The notes: a model not told the origin generated them from the sequence alone. A stretch of DNA of 54,992 nt from an uncultured Nitrospinaceae bacterium (GCA_964195835.1 CAXMTB010000002.1:1-54992), one strand, 5' to 3'. Positions 9,523 to 19,652 are shown, numbered from the stretch's first letter. Numbers and translations are program-made.

Positions 9523-10016
9523 GACACGCCCTTTTTAGAATCTAATTGTGATATTTTTTTCTTTAGATCTATAACCAGCATTACCTCTTCTTTGGGAATA
9601 GCAAGGCTCTCGGCAATGCAATCTAAGTCAAATCCTTCTTCTGCCAGTTCAACAATTTTTTTTGTATGATTTTTTAAAGAATTTTGAACATAGCCATCTT
9701 GATTACTTTGCCTGTGCTTAAAGAGCAGATCATCAGTCCTATCTAACAGCGTAGTTAAACTTTTTATTCTTTTTTCTAATTGTTCATTAAGATTTTTTAT
9801 TATATCCTTTTTTTCTTGTAGCATCCCCTTGAATTTTAAAGACGTGTTGTCTGCATCCGTCAGGAATGATTCATACACTTTCAGTTTGCTATTCAATGAG
9901 GAGGAGCCGTTATCGAGAAATCTTAGACGTCTTATTAAAAAAATAAACACAACAAAAATTGCAAAATCAATCGATAGTTGTGATAAAATCAAGTGTTTTA
10001 ATTCAAATAAATTCAT
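9519..10016 (-). CDS. membrane-anchored protein, DUF2802-like (hypothetical)
   Basis: 165 aa with an N-terminal TM helix (FAIFVVFIFLI), a coiled coil and a C-terminal HTH-like segment (IAESLAIPKEEVMLVIDL). Translationally coupled to its neighbours. The family assignment is from memory only. Confidence 0.5.
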   Translation of the reverse strand: MNLFELKHLILSQLSIDFAIFVVFIFLIRRLRFLDNGSSSLNSKLKVYESFLTDADNTSLKFKGMLQEKKDIIKNLNEQLEKRIKSLTTLLDRTDDLLFKHRQSNQDGYVQNSLKNHTKKIVELAEEGFDLDCIAESLAIPKEEVMLVIDLKKKISQLDSKKGVS

Positions 10017-10018
10017 GA

Positions 10019-10318
10019 TCAGACTCTTATATCGATGAGCGTCCCTTCTGATAAATTTCTTTTTTCTTCTTGATTTTCATTGTTTGATTTTTTTTTATTG
10101 CCCTTTTGATCTTCTTTTTTCTCTTTCTGTTTTTTAATCTCAATTCTGTTTTTTGTTTCAAACTCTTCTACTTTTGATTTTTCTTCTTTCTTCATTCCTT
10201 CTGATTGTTGAGCAATAAACTGCTGATTCATTTCAAGATTCTGTTTTTTTACATTATGAACTTCTTTAATCGTATTCCCCTGACTGAGAATAACATTCAT
10301 ATGAGTTGTACCTGACAT
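10019..10318 (-). CDS. Lys/Glu-rich hypothetical protein
   Basis: I moved the start to the ATG at 10318 (MSGTTHMNV...), which has AAGGAG 6 nt upstream. 100 aa, low-complexity KE-rich centre, no recognisable family. Confidence 0.45.
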   Translation of the reverse strand: MSGTTHMNVILSQGNTIKEVHNVKKQNLEMNQQFIAQQSEGMKKEEKSKVEEFETKNRIEIKKQKEKKEDQKGNKKKSNNENQEEKRNLSEGTLIDIRV

Positions 10319-10537
10319 GGCCTTCTCCTTTAAATTGAACTCGCCGTCGTGATACAAAAGTATTTACTAACAACTCAAGCAGTCTTTTCATTACGAACCC
10401 TTATCCACAAGAGGTTTACCCGCCCATGGAGGGTCTAACCGCCTTTGGCGAGCTTGTCCGGCTGCGGCCTGATTTTTCATCGCTAATTTAATGATACATG
10501 AAGTGATCAATTTTTAAAACTAAAGTCCTCTCTTAGC

Positions 10538-11092
10538 TCAAACTGCCGAAAAATCAGTTATAATTGCTTTATCAACCTTACCTGCTGTTATTACGTTGTT
10601 CACATTATTAATAATGAGCTTTTTTAGTTTCATTAACGATGACACATTTTCCAATACATATATGTTTTCACTCAAAATATTGTAAATGATACCTCTAATC
10701 AAATTATTTTTTTCTATCATTTCATCCATTAATTCCTTATTCGGCAATTCAAAGGAAATACTTAAAGATATATATGTAAACTTACCATGCTCTCTAAAAG
10801 GGATAATAAATGGCTCAAACTTGATGGATTTGGAATCTTGGATAAGAAACCATTTAAGCTGTGGTATCCACACGTTTTCTTGCCTGTTTTTTAAAAGAGG
10901 ATATAATGAAAGCCCGACCAAAACTAATAACCCCGCCACAAAACAAAAAAAAGCCTTTTTTTTCCATACATGCTTTTTGGGTTTATCTTTAGTATTTTTC
11001 TTTTGAAAAAATGCTTTTTTCTCTTTATCTTCCGATTCATCCAAATTATCGACAGATTGAACAGCATTTTTTTCCTTTTTTAGTGACGTCAT
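10538..11092 (-). CDS. FliL-like basal-body-associated protein (second copy)
   Basis: 184 aa with a basic N-terminus, one TM helix (FCFVAGLLVLVGLSLYPLL) and a periplasmic region laid out like FliL (FEPFIIPF...KFTYISLSISFELPN...IRGIIYNILS...AIITDFSAV). Starts immediately after the fliA stop. Confidence 0.5.
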   Translation of the reverse strand: MTSLKKEKNAVQSVDNLDESEDKEKKAFFQKKNTKDKPKKHVWKKKAFFCFVAGLLVLVGLSLYPLLKNRQENVWIPQLKWFLIQDSKSIKFEPFIIPFREHGKFTYISLSISFELPNKELMDEMIEKNNLIRGIIYNILSENIYVLENVSSLMKLKKLIINNVNNVITAGKVDKAIITDFSAV

Positions 11093-11094
11093 AA

Positions 11095-11853
11095 TCAGCC
11101 TTCATAATAAGATTTCAGCTTTATCCTTAATCTTATTATTGCCTTCGAATGGATTTGGGATATCCTTGACTCGGTTAAACTTAACACCTGTGCTATTTCT
11201 TTTAATGTCAATTCATCATAATAATATAGTGACATTACTATTTGTTCTTTTTTTGAAAGCGTTGACAGCCCTTTAAATATAATTGATTTAATCTCCTTTA
11301 CTTTTAATTCATCAATAGGAGAAGGTTTATCCGATACGTGTTTGGCAACCTTGGGTGTGGTGCCGTCAAGCATCAATTCGTCCAGGCTTAACAGGTTAAC
11401 GCCGTGAGATCTGCTGATCATCCTGTAATATGAATCCATATCAAGTCCCATTTCTTCAGCAATCTCATAATCCTTGGGCTCTCTTTCGAGTTTTAGCTCA
11501 AGGGTTCTTATTGCATGCTCGATTCTGTTAATATTTCTTCGAACAGATCTTGAAATCCAATCCATCTTTCTTAATTCATCTAAAATTGCACCTTTTATCC
11601 TTAAGTTCGCATATGTCCTGAATTTAACTCCCCTTTTTGAGTCGAACTTATCAATGGCATCAAACAACCCCAAAACCCCGGGACCGATAAGTTCATCCTT
11701 GGATATATTGGGAGGAAGTCTAACCGCCATCCTTTCAGCAATTTGCTTTACAAGGGGAGCATATTTGAGAATAAGTTCTTCCCGATGTTTATCATCCATG
11801 CTTTCCTGATCTGCATGGGTTATTTCCTGATATTTTTTTATCCCGACATTCAT
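11095..11853 (-). CDS. fliA: flagellar sigma factor FliA (sigma28)
   Basis: Sigma70-family regions 2-4 are present (YAPLVKQIAERM, RTYANLRIKGAILDELRK, LSKKEQIVMSLYYYDELTLKEIAQVLSLTESRISQIHSKAI). The track start at 11874 is TTG. I prefer the ATG at 11853, just after the flhG stop. Confidence 0.9.
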   Translation of the reverse strand: MNVGIKKYQEITHADQESMDDKHREELILKYAPLVKQIAERMAVRLPPNISKDELIGPGVLGLFDAIDKFDSKRGVKFRTYANLRIKGAILDELRKMDWISRSVRRNINRIEHAIRTLELKLEREPKDYEIAEEMGLDMDSYYRMISRSHGVNLLSLDELMLDGTTPKVAKHVSDKPSPIDELKVKEIKSIIFKGLSTLSKKEQIVMSLYYYDELTLKEIAQVLSLTESRISQIHSKAIIRLRIKLKSYYEG

Positions 11854-11854
11854 T

Positions 11855-12763
11855 TCATCCACCTGCCGCACCAATCATCAATTTTTTCCAAAAAAATTGT
11901 ATACTTCCATCTTGATGTCTTCCATCTGTCTGGTCTAAAAGATATTCAGCCAGTTTTTTAAAGCTTTGGCTTGAAGATGATCGAGGATAGCAACAAGTAA
12001 CCGGTTCCCTCCTGCTTATGGACTCATGCAAATGTTTATCATATGGAATATAGCCCGCATAGTCTAAGGATATGCTTCCCATAAACTTTTCTACAACCCT
12101 GCTCAAATGTTTATAAACTGACACTGCTTCTTTTTCATTTTTAACCATATTCATCAAAATAATAAAGTTCTTTGTTCCGTGATGCATAAACATAACTTTA
12201 ATAAGAGCATAGGCATCCGTAATAGATGTTGGTTCCGGTGTTACAACTACAATCCTTTCTTGGGCCGCCAGATTAAAATAAGTAACATTGGAAGAAATAC
12301 CCGCACCCGTGTCAATCAGTAAGATGTCATACATATTGTTCAATAAATCAAATTCATTTAAGAGATTGATCTTGTGGCCTTCTGTAAGATGGGATAGTTC
12401 CTGTACTCCTGAGCTTGCGGGTATTATATCAACACCTTCCGGGCCCCTGGCAATTATTTGAGACAGCTCTTTTTCACCCTTGATGACGTCGTCAATTGTA
12501 TATTTGGGGTTAATACCAAAGATAATATCAATATTTGCAAGCCCGAGATCTGCATCAAAGATTAAAACTCTTTTTCTCATTCTCTGACATGTAATCGCCA
12601 GATTACCAACGATATTTGTCTTACCTACCCCGCCCTTTCCGCTGGTAACTGAAAAAACCATGGGACTATTTTTTTGGGGAAATGATCCATCTTTCACTCT
12701 TAGCTTGCGAACTTTCCCTGATTCTTCTTTTACAATCTTTCTCAAATTTGTAGCCTGATCCAT
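11855..12763 (-). CDS. flhG: MinD/ParA-type flagellar number regulator FlhG
   Basis: Deviant Walker A (VTSGKGGVGKTN), DADLGLANIDI and LIDTGAG motifs. Follows flhF. The track start at 12778 is TTG. The ATG at 12763 has GGAG 9 nt upstream. Confidence 0.9.
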   Translation of the reverse strand: MDQATNLRKIVKEESGKVRKLRVKDGSFPQKNSPMVFSVTSGKGGVGKTNIVGNLAITCQRMRKRVLIFDADLGLANIDIIFGINPKYTIDDVIKGEKELSQIIARGPEGVDIIPASSGVQELSHLTEGHKINLLNEFDLLNNMYDILLIDTGAGISSNVTYFNLAAQERIVVVTPEPTSITDAYALIKVMFMHHGTKNFIILMNMVKNEKEAVSVYKHLSRVVEKFMGSISLDYAGYIPYDKHLHESISRREPVTCCYPRSSSSQSFKKLAEYLLDQTDGRHQDGSIQFFWKKLMIGAAGG

Positions 12764-12896
12764 CTTTTTGTTCTCCAATATAAAACTTCCTTGTTTAATA
12801 ATTTATTATGATTTTGACTTAAAAAGTTTTCCCGCCCTGTTACACTCTATCAGCATTGCTTAAAATAATGGGGGCAAAACTTGATTTTTTACTTTT

Positions 12897-13946
12897 TTAC
12901 GAAACAATCGACTTTAATAGTTTTGCTCTTTCTGCCTTCTCAATATCTTCAGGCACATTCTGCCCTGTGGTAATATACGAAACAGGTAAACTTTGTTCCA
13001 TAATCTGGTTCAAAATTGAACCATATTTTTGAGTTTCATCCCTTTTTGTAAATATGTAGCTCTGATATTTTAAACATCTGAAATTATCGGCTGCTTTATT
13101 CATCTCAGATTCGGTAGTTGCAATGTTCAACAGAAGATGGGTACTGATATCCAAATCACCGGGAATCAATCTCCTGAGTTCATCCAGCCTGGATCTATCA
13201 TATTGACTTTGGCCTGCAGTATCGATAAGGACAATATCTTTTCCTTCCATTCTTCGAAGTGCAAAAAGCAAATCCTTTTTTTTGAATGCCTGGAAACAGG
13301 GCACCCCTAATATATTTGCATATGTTTTCAGTTGTTCCATTGCCCCTATTCTATAGGCGTCTAATGAGATCAAACCGACTTTCTTTGTCTTTTCAAGCAT
13401 GAGATTGGCAGCAAGCTTTGCGATTGTCGTCGTTTTACCAACACCCGTCGTCCCGATAAAAGCCGCTATAATTTGATTATTTTCTTTTATATCGAAAGGA
13501 TTTTTAACATCTATAACTTTTATGATCTCTTTAAGGGCGCGATCCTTAACACTTTTCATGTCATTAACGGGATGGCCATTAAATGCTCCGGTCCTTTCAA
13601 AAATTAGCCTTGCATAACGATCATTAACACCATTTTTTATCATTTTTGTATAGAGACTTAGGACGCCGGGATACGTTATCAATTTTTCAATAAAAACATC
13701 TGAATTGTTCAAAAGATAAAGCATCTCTTTTATACTCATCAGCTCTTGTTTGACCTCTCCAAGCATATCCGGACTCTCATCTGAAATACTATTTGCTCCA
13801 GTCAGGGCAGTTATTTCAAAAGCATCATCTTTACCTACTTTTGATATTTTTTTTGTGGAAAGAATCATTGCATCCGGTCCCAGTATATTTTTAACCTTAG
13901 CGGTAGCTTCTTTAATTGTTCTCGCTCGATATTTTTTAACCTGCAT
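12897..13946 (-). CDS. flhF: SRP-type GTPase FlhF
   Basis: 349 aa with G-domain motifs FIGTTGVGKTTTIAKLA, LIDTAGQSQ and FTKRDET. Overlaps the 3' end of flhA. Confidence 0.9.
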   Translation of the reverse strand: MQVKKYRARTIKEATAKVKNILGPDAMILSTKKISKVGKDDAFEITALTGANSISDESPDMLGEVKQELMSIKEMLYLLNNSDVFIEKLITYPGVLSLYTKMIKNGVNDRYARLIFERTGAFNGHPVNDMKSVKDRALKEIIKVIDVKNPFDIKENNQIIAAFIGTTGVGKTTTIAKLAANLMLEKTKKVGLISLDAYRIGAMEQLKTYANILGVPCFQAFKKKDLLFALRRMEGKDIVLIDTAGQSQYDRSRLDELRRLIPGDLDISTHLLLNIATTESEMNKAADNFRCLKYQSYIFTKRDETQKYGSILNQIMEQSLPVSYITTGQNVPEDIEKAERAKLLKSIVS

Positions 13947-16023
13947 GGTTGAATTCTACCTTTCCTATAGATTTAAAGCCGATATCACTCAAAAGCTCAC
14001 TTTGAGATAATACCATTAATGAAGGTATAAAGTATTCTATCATCTTTCTCAAATGTCTTCTTATTAAGGGTGTAGTTAAAAGAATCGGTTGAATATTCTT
14101 AGACATCGCCTTTTCCGATTCCTTTTTGATCGAAGAAATAATCGAATCTGCAATGTTTGGATCAACGGAGAGATATGAACCGTGTTCTGTTTTTTGTATC
14201 CCCTTAAGAAGAATGCCCTCAACATCTTGGGACATTGTTATCAGTTTTAAATAACCATCTTCTCCTATATGTGGGCTGATAAAGGATCTGGACATTTTGT
14301 TCCTCACATATTCGGTTAATAAATCAGGATCTTTTGTCAATGGAGCACAGTCGGCAAGTGTTTCAACGATAGTCAACAGGTCCCTGATAGATATCCGTTC
14401 TTCCAAAAGATGTTGCAACACTTTTTGAACAGCCCCTAATGAGAGAAGATTCGGCACAAGTTCTTCAACCGCCTTTGGATAAGTTTTGCTGAGATTATCC
14501 AGCAAATGTTGAACTTCTTGTCTGCCTAACAGCTCTGAAGCATGTTTTCGGAGAACCTCTGTTAGATGAGTGGCCATGATCGTTGCATCATCGACAACGG
14601 TATAACCCGCAAGTTTGGCCTCCTCTTTTCTTTCTTCCGGTATCCAGCATGCGGGAATATTAAATGCCGGCTCCTTTGTTGCTATTCCTTCAATTTTTCT
14701 TGTAGCATCTCCCGGATCCATGGCCAGATAATGATTCACCATTAATCCGGATCCGGCAATCTTTACACCCTTGAGAAGAATCTGATATTCGGATGAATTC
14801 AGTTGCAGGTTATCTCTGATGTGAATCGGCGGAATAACCATTCCCATTTCGACAGCAAACTGACGTCTTATTGAACGAACCCTGTCAAGAAACTTTCCTC
14901 CCTGCTCTCTATCCACCAAAGAAATGAGACCATATCCTACTTCCAACTCGAGAGGATCAATCATCAGTAGATGTTCCACGGGTTCCGGCCCTTCATCGAT
15001 GGCTTCCTTCTTTTTTACCTCAACTTTTTCATCTTTTAATTGCTCTTTTTTCTTTTCCAACACAAAAACGCTTATCCCAATGATAACTGAAAGCATTATA
15101 AAGGGGATATGCGGCAAACCTGGGATGAGACCGAAACAAAAGACAGTTAATGCTGAAAGATAAATTGGCTTTGGATATTTAGAAAATAGTTTTCCAAAAT
15201 CCTTCCCCATGGTCCCCTCTGAGGCCGCCCTGCTGACGACGATTCCTGCCGCCGTGGATATAGTGAGTGCCGGAATCTGCGATACCAAACCATCGCCTAC
15301 GGTTAAAAGAGTATAGTTCTGAGCAGCGTCAATAATGGACATATTTTTCTGAAGTACGCCGATAACAAATCCACCGATTATGTTAATAACGGCAATTATA
15401 ATTCCCGCAATAGCATCTCCTCTAACGAATTTGGCTGCACCATCCATAGATCCGTGGAATTCGGCCTCCCTTGTAATGGTAATCCGGCGCATTTTTGCCT
15501 CATTTTCATCGATCATACCAGCGTTGAGATCCGCATCGATACTCATCTGTTTCCCGGGCATAGCATCTAGTGTAAACCGAGCGGCAACTTCAGCGATCCT
15601 GGTGGCACCCTTTGTAATTACAATAAAATTAACCATAACGAGAATAATAAAGACAATCAAACCGACAACGTAATTTCCACCGACCACGAAACTGCCAAAT
15701 GACTTGATAACTCTTCCTGCAGCCATGGATCCCTCATGGCCATGTAAAAGTATCAATCTTGTCGATGCGACATTGAGAGACAGCCTGAAAAGGGTCGTCA
15801 CAAGAAGTAACGGGGGAAATATGTAAAAGTCCAGAGGCTTAAGCGTATACATAGCGATTAAAAGAATCGTTATGGCAACGGTGATGTTCAATGCCAGAAG
15901 GAAGTCCAAAAGTATCGAAGGTAATGGAATTATCATTACCACAAGGATAGCGACCACACCAATGACAGTCATTAACTCACTAACAGAACCGGAATCGGTT
16001 TTTGATTTTACAACTTGTTCCAT
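13936..16023 (-). CDS. flhA: flagellar export gate protein FlhA
   Basis: 695 aa with the conserved FlhA core (FPPLLLVTTLFRLSLNVASTRLIL, FVVGGNYVVGLIVFIILVMVNFIVITKGATRIAEVAARFTLDAMPGKQMSIDADL) and a C-terminal cytoplasmic domain. Confidence 0.97.
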   Translation of the reverse strand: MEQVVKSKTDSGSVSELMTVIGVVAILVVMIIPLPSILLDFLLALNITVAITILLIAMYTLKPLDFYIFPPLLLVTTLFRLSLNVASTRLILLHGHEGSMAAGRVIKSFGSFVVGGNYVVGLIVFIILVMVNFIVITKGATRIAEVAARFTLDAMPGKQMSIDADLNAGMIDENEAKMRRITITREAEFHGSMDGAAKFVRGDAIAGIIIAVINIIGGFVIGVLQKNMSIIDAAQNYTLLTVGDGLVSQIPALTISTAAGIVVSRAASEGTMGKDFGKLFSKYPKPIYLSALTVFCFGLIPGLPHIPFIMLSVIIGISVFVLEKKKEQLKDEKVEVKKKEAIDEGPEPVEHLLMIDPLELEVGYGLISLVDREQGGKFLDRVRSIRRQFAVEMGMVIPPIHIRDNLQLNSSEYQILLKGVKIAGSGLMVNHYLAMDPGDATRKIEGIATKEPAFNIPACWIPEERKEEAKLAGYTVVDDATIMATHLTEVLRKHASELLGRQEVQHLLDNLSKTYPKAVEELVPNLLSLGAVQKVLQHLLEERISIRDLLTIVETLADCAPLTKDPDLLTEYVRNKMSRSFISPHIGEDGYLKLITMSQDVEGILLKGIQKTEHGSYLSVDPNIADSIISSIKKESEKAMSKNIQPILLTTPLIRRHLRKMIEYFIPSLMVLSQSELLSDIGFKSIGKVEFNHAG

Positions 16024-16045
16024 CTAAATTTCCTTAAAAACTATT

Positions 16046-17125
16046 TTATGACACTCCATGTTTATAATTTGACTTTAACCTGTAAATATAAGCCAAAAGC
16101 TCGGCAACCGTTTGATAGAGTTCCGGTGGAATCTCCTGACCGATCTCAACCAATGAATATAAATTTCGGGCGAGTTCCTTATTCTCCAAAATTGGGATTC
16201 CATGTTCCGAAGCTACATCTTTGATCTTCTGGGCAATTTTTCTCGACCCTTTTGCAATTAACTTTGGTGCAGTCATGCTCGAACTATCATACTTCAAAGC
16301 AACTGCAAGATGTGTTGGATTGGTAATAATGACGTCGGCTTCCGGAACATCCTGCATCATCCTTTTTCTTGCCATCTCCATCTGAATGCTTCTTATCCTT
16401 GACTTTATCAAAGGATCGCCTTCCGACTTTTTAAACTCATCCTTTACTTCTTGTTTGGTCATCTTATTTCTGTTTTCAAAATCCCATTTCTGGAATGCGT
16501 AGTCGATAATAACCAGAATAATCATTGCCAATGAACACCGGATAAAAATCTTAAAAAAGATTTTGAAGATATAAACGAAAATTGAATTGAGCTCCATCCC
16601 GCCCAGGAGAGCAACATTCTTCATCTCACCTTTTACCGTAAGGAACGCGATCCCGCCCACAATGGATAGCTTTAGCAAGGATTTGATCAATTCCATTAAA
16701 GACTGTTTGGAAAAAAGCCTTCCAAATCCTTTGATCGGGTCTATTTTTGACAGTTTGGGAGTGATCGATTCACTGGAAAAAATAACGCCCACTTGCATGA
16801 CATTCGATAGAATCGCTGTAATAAAAATAGTTGCAAAAAGTGGAGAAAGTAAGATGATAAACCGGCCAATAATATTTTGAGTAAATTTTAAAAACTCAGG
16901 AATATTAAAATTATGTATATCAGGAAAAGAAAATGCTCCTTTCATAATTATCTGGATATGGTTGAACATAAATGATCCAAAAAGAGATAAGGAGATCAGG
17001 GCGGCAAGGAGCACAGCCACCGAAGGCAATTCCTTGCTTTTTGCCACCTCCCCCTTGTCTTTGAGTTCCTGCCTTTTTTTCGGCGTCGCTTCTTCAGTTT
17101 TTTCTTCAAAACTCTCTTCAGCCAT
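16046..17125 (-). CDS. flhB: flagellar export switch protein FlhB
   Basis: 359 aa with four TM segments and the autocleavage motif NPTH (ADVIITNPTHLAVALKY). Confidence 0.95.
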   Translation of the reverse strand: MAEESFEEKTEEATPKKRQELKDKGEVAKSKELPSVAVLLAALISLSLFGSFMFNHIQIIMKGAFSFPDIHNFNIPEFLKFTQNIIGRFIILLSPLFATIFITAILSNVMQVGVIFSSESITPKLSKIDPIKGFGRLFSKQSLMELIKSLLKLSIVGGIAFLTVKGEMKNVALLGGMELNSIFVYIFKIFFKIFIRCSLAMIILVIIDYAFQKWDFENRNKMTKQEVKDEFKKSEGDPLIKSRIRSIQMEMARKRMMQDVPEADVIITNPTHLAVALKYDSSSMTAPKLIAKGSRKIAQKIKDVASEHGIPILENKELARNLYSLVEIGQEIPPELYQTVAELLAYIYRLKSNYKHGVS

Positions 17126-17128
17126 TTT

Positions 17129-17926
17129 TTATATCCTAAACCATTGCATGGTATTTATCAGCATGGGACCAAGATTTTTAAGATATGCCTCCATGAATCT
17201 TAAAAGCACATTTAACGACACACCAAAAAACAAAAGACCAACAGTGATCTGAACCGGAAATGCAACGATCATAATATTCATTTGTGGAATGAACTTTACA
17301 ATCACCCCAAATGCTAAATTGGTAAATAAAAGAGCGGCAATTGCCGGAGCTCCAATCTTTACGGCAATAGCAAACATATCACCATATATGGGAATAATCT
17401 TATTGAACATTTCAACATTTAACCCCAAGGAGCCGACATGTATAATCTCAAAGCTATCCCTTATGGCCCTTAACAATATATGGTGTCCATCTAGCAAAAG
17501 GAAGAAGATCATGGCCACAAGATATGCCAAATTTGCAAGAATCGAAATCTGGGAACCGCTTTGAGGATCAATGATGTTTGTAATCGCAAAACCGGTTTGA
17601 AAGCCCACCATCTGACCCATCATCCTTATCCCCTCAAAAAATACCGAAACCAATAGTCCCAGGATTATGCCGATGATAAATTCGGTTAATATCAACTGGG
17701 CCATTCCAATTATTGTGGAAGGAAATTCGACCATCTTAGTATTAATCATGGGAAAAAGAATTATAGTAATCACAAATGCAAGCCCTGCCTTTGCCAATAC
17801 GGGGATAACCTTTGCATTAAAGAACGGAAGCATCTGAAAAATAATACTGACTCTTATCAGAACAAGAAAAAAAGCTTTAAATTCTCGATAAGGTATGGAC
17901 AGTATATCCACTGCTTCCTCCATCAT
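17129..17926 (-). CDS. fliR: flagellar export apparatus protein FliR
   Basis: 265-aa polytopic membrane protein between fliQ and flhB, with typical FliR sequence (GFQTGFAITNIIDPQSG). Confidence 0.9.
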   Translation of the reverse strand: MMEEAVDILSIPYREFKAFFLVLIRVSIIFQMLPFFNAKVIPVLAKAGLAFVITIILFPMINTKMVEFPSTIIGMAQLILTEFIIGIILGLLVSVFFEGIRMMGQMVGFQTGFAITNIIDPQSGSQISILANLAYLVAMIFFLLLDGHHILLRAIRDSFEIIHVGSLGLNVEMFNKIIPIYGDMFAIAVKIGAPAIAALLFTNLAFGVIVKFIPQMNIMIVAFPVQITVGLLFFGVSLNVLLRFMEAYLKNLGPMLINTMQWFRI

Positions 17927-18192
17927 CTTATATAATATGGTATCTGATTTATTGTTGTCACTGTAAAATGCATAAGCTGTTCAAGCATCCAGCCAGAAAA
18001 ATATAAAAGCGCCATCAATACGACCAAGATCTTTGGTACAAATGTTAATGTCATCTCCTGGATTTGAGTCACCGCCTGAAAAATACTTATCAAAACGCCG
18101 ACAATAAGTCCTAATAGAAGCATGGGCATAGATACCAACAAGGTAACTTTTATGGCTTCCTGTGCAAAATTTACAACAAATTCCGGAGTCAT
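17923..18192 (-). CDS. fliQ: flagellar export apparatus protein FliQ
   Basis: 89 aa with two TM helices and the conserved QAVTQIQEMTLTFVPK motif. Confidence 0.92.
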   Translation of the reverse strand: MTPEFVVNFAQEAIKVTLLVSMPMLLLGLIVGVLISIFQAVTQIQEMTLTFVPKILVVLMALLYFSGWMLEQLMHFTVTTINQIPYYIR

Positions 18193-18195
18193 TTT

Positions 18196-18993
18196 TTACC
18201 CACCCACAAAGCTCTTTACCAGTGAACCGATGATTATATTCCAACCATCAACCAAAACGAACAGCATAAGTTTAAACGGCAACGATACCATTATTGGTGG
18301 AAGCATCATCATACCCATGCTGAGCAACACACTTGCCACAACCATGTCTATGATCAAAAATGGCACGAATAGAACAAATCCGATAATAAATGCGGTCTTC
18401 AGCTCGCTTATTACAAAGGCAGGAATAAGAACCGTTGTGGGAATATCCTCTTCATTTTTAGGTTTGTTTATCTTTGTCATTTTAATAAATAGGGCCAGAT
18501 CTTTCTCCCGTGTCTGTTTGAACATAAAGTTTCGAATCGGATTTATAGCTGCCTTTAATGCAATTTCCTGAGATATCTCCTCATTAAGGTACGGTTGTAA
18601 TGCATTATTATTAATCTTCTGCCAAACCGGCATCATAATAAAGAAGGTTAGAAATAAAGCTAGTCCGGCAATAATCTGGTTAGATGGTGTTTGTTGAGTT
18701 CCTACTGCTTGTCTTAAAAAAGAAAATACAATGGCCAGTCTCGTAAAAGATGTCATGAGTATCAGAATTGCCGGTGCAAGGGTAAGAACTGTTAGTAAAA
18801 AGACGATTTGGAGTAAAACGGAAACGTCGCCGGGATCTCCACCTTTTTCTATACCGAATCGAAATGAGGGCAATACAAAATCTGCAGCCAAAACATTTCC
18901 TACAAAAATAAAGTATACGGCTATCGAAATGAAAAGGACAATTAATTGTCTTCTCTTTATATTATGAAATAATTTCGTGATCTTTTCCAGCAT
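18196..18993 (-). CDS. fliP: flagellar export apparatus protein FliP
   Basis: FliP blocks LLTVLTLAPAILILMTSFTRLAIVFSFLRQAVGTQQTPSNQ and FVISELKTAFIIGFVLFVPFLIIDMVVASVLLSMGMMMLPP. The track start at 19008 is TTG. The first ATG is at 18993. Overlaps fliO. Confidence 0.93.
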   Translation of the reverse strand: MLEKITKLFHNIKRRQLIVLFISIAVYFIFVGNVLAADFVLPSFRFGIEKGGDPGDVSVLLQIVFLLTVLTLAPAILILMTSFTRLAIVFSFLRQAVGTQQTPSNQIIAGLALFLTFFIMMPVWQKINNNALQPYLNEEISQEIALKAAINPIRNFMFKQTREKDLALFIKMTKINKPKNEEDIPTTVLIPAFVISELKTAFIIGFVLFVPFLIIDMVVASVLLSMGMMMLPPIMVSLPFKLMLFVLVDGWNIIIGSLVKSFVGG

Positions 18994-19285
18994 TCTCAAT
19001 ATTACCAATTTGCTCTTTGTAACGACTGAGCTTTGTTAAAAAGTTAATGTTGCCCGGTGTAATGCCCACAACAATTCTTTCACCCGATATCTCTATGACT
19101 TCTACTCTCTCCTTTGGCGATAGGTGCAGCGATGAGACGACTTTGATAATTAATTCGCCCTTGCCCTTACCCTTTGGGGACATAAATTTTTTCATTATGT
19201 AAAGCACAAGAACCAAGACACCAAGCACAATAAAAAGCATCGCGATTGTCTTAATTCCAGTGTTTATTAATTCGTGCTCAATCAT
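18962..19285 (-). CDS. fliO: flagellar protein FliO
   Basis: 107 aa with a single TM helix. C-terminal LSPKERVEVIEISGERIVVGITPGNINFL is typical of FliO. Located between fliN and fliP. Confidence 0.8.
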   Translation of the reverse strand: MIEHELINTGIKTIAMLFIVLGVLVLVLYIMKKFMSPKGKGKGELIIKVVSSLHLSPKERVEVIEISGERIVVGITPGNINFLTKLSRYKEQIGNIENAGKDHEIIS

Positions 19286-19304
19286 CCATCACACCATCAC
19301 TCGT

Positions 19305-19643
19305 TTAAGCTAAAGATTTAACCCTTTCGGTCGGATTAATGATATCGGTAACCCTTATTCCGAATTTTTCATCCAGAATAACAACTTCACCCTTAGCAAC
19401 CAACTTATTGTTTACGTATATATCTAGTGGCTCACCAACCTGTTTTGACAGCTCGATAATGGAACCCTGTCCAAGCTGAAGCAATTCGTTCACAGGCATC
19501 TTGACCTTACCCAACTCAACGGTGATATCCAGAGGAATATCAAGGATAAGGTCCATGTCACATTCCCCATTATTGCATGCTTTACCATTCTGGGGTGCTG
19601 CACCGTCATTTTCTTCTTTTATTTGATCATTTACATCAACCAT
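19305..19643 (-). CDS. fliN: C-ring protein FliN
   Basis: 112 aa with a SpoA-type domain (LDIPLDITVELGKVKMPVNELLQLGQGSIIELSKQVGEPLDIYVNNKLVAKGEVV). Confidence 0.93.
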   Translation of the reverse strand: MVDVNDQIKEENDGAAPQNGKACNNGECDMDLILDIPLDITVELGKVKMPVNELLQLGQGSIIELSKQVGEPLDIYVNNKLVAKGEVVILDEKFGIRVTDIINPTERVKSLA

Positions 19644-19652
19644 GTCGAACTC

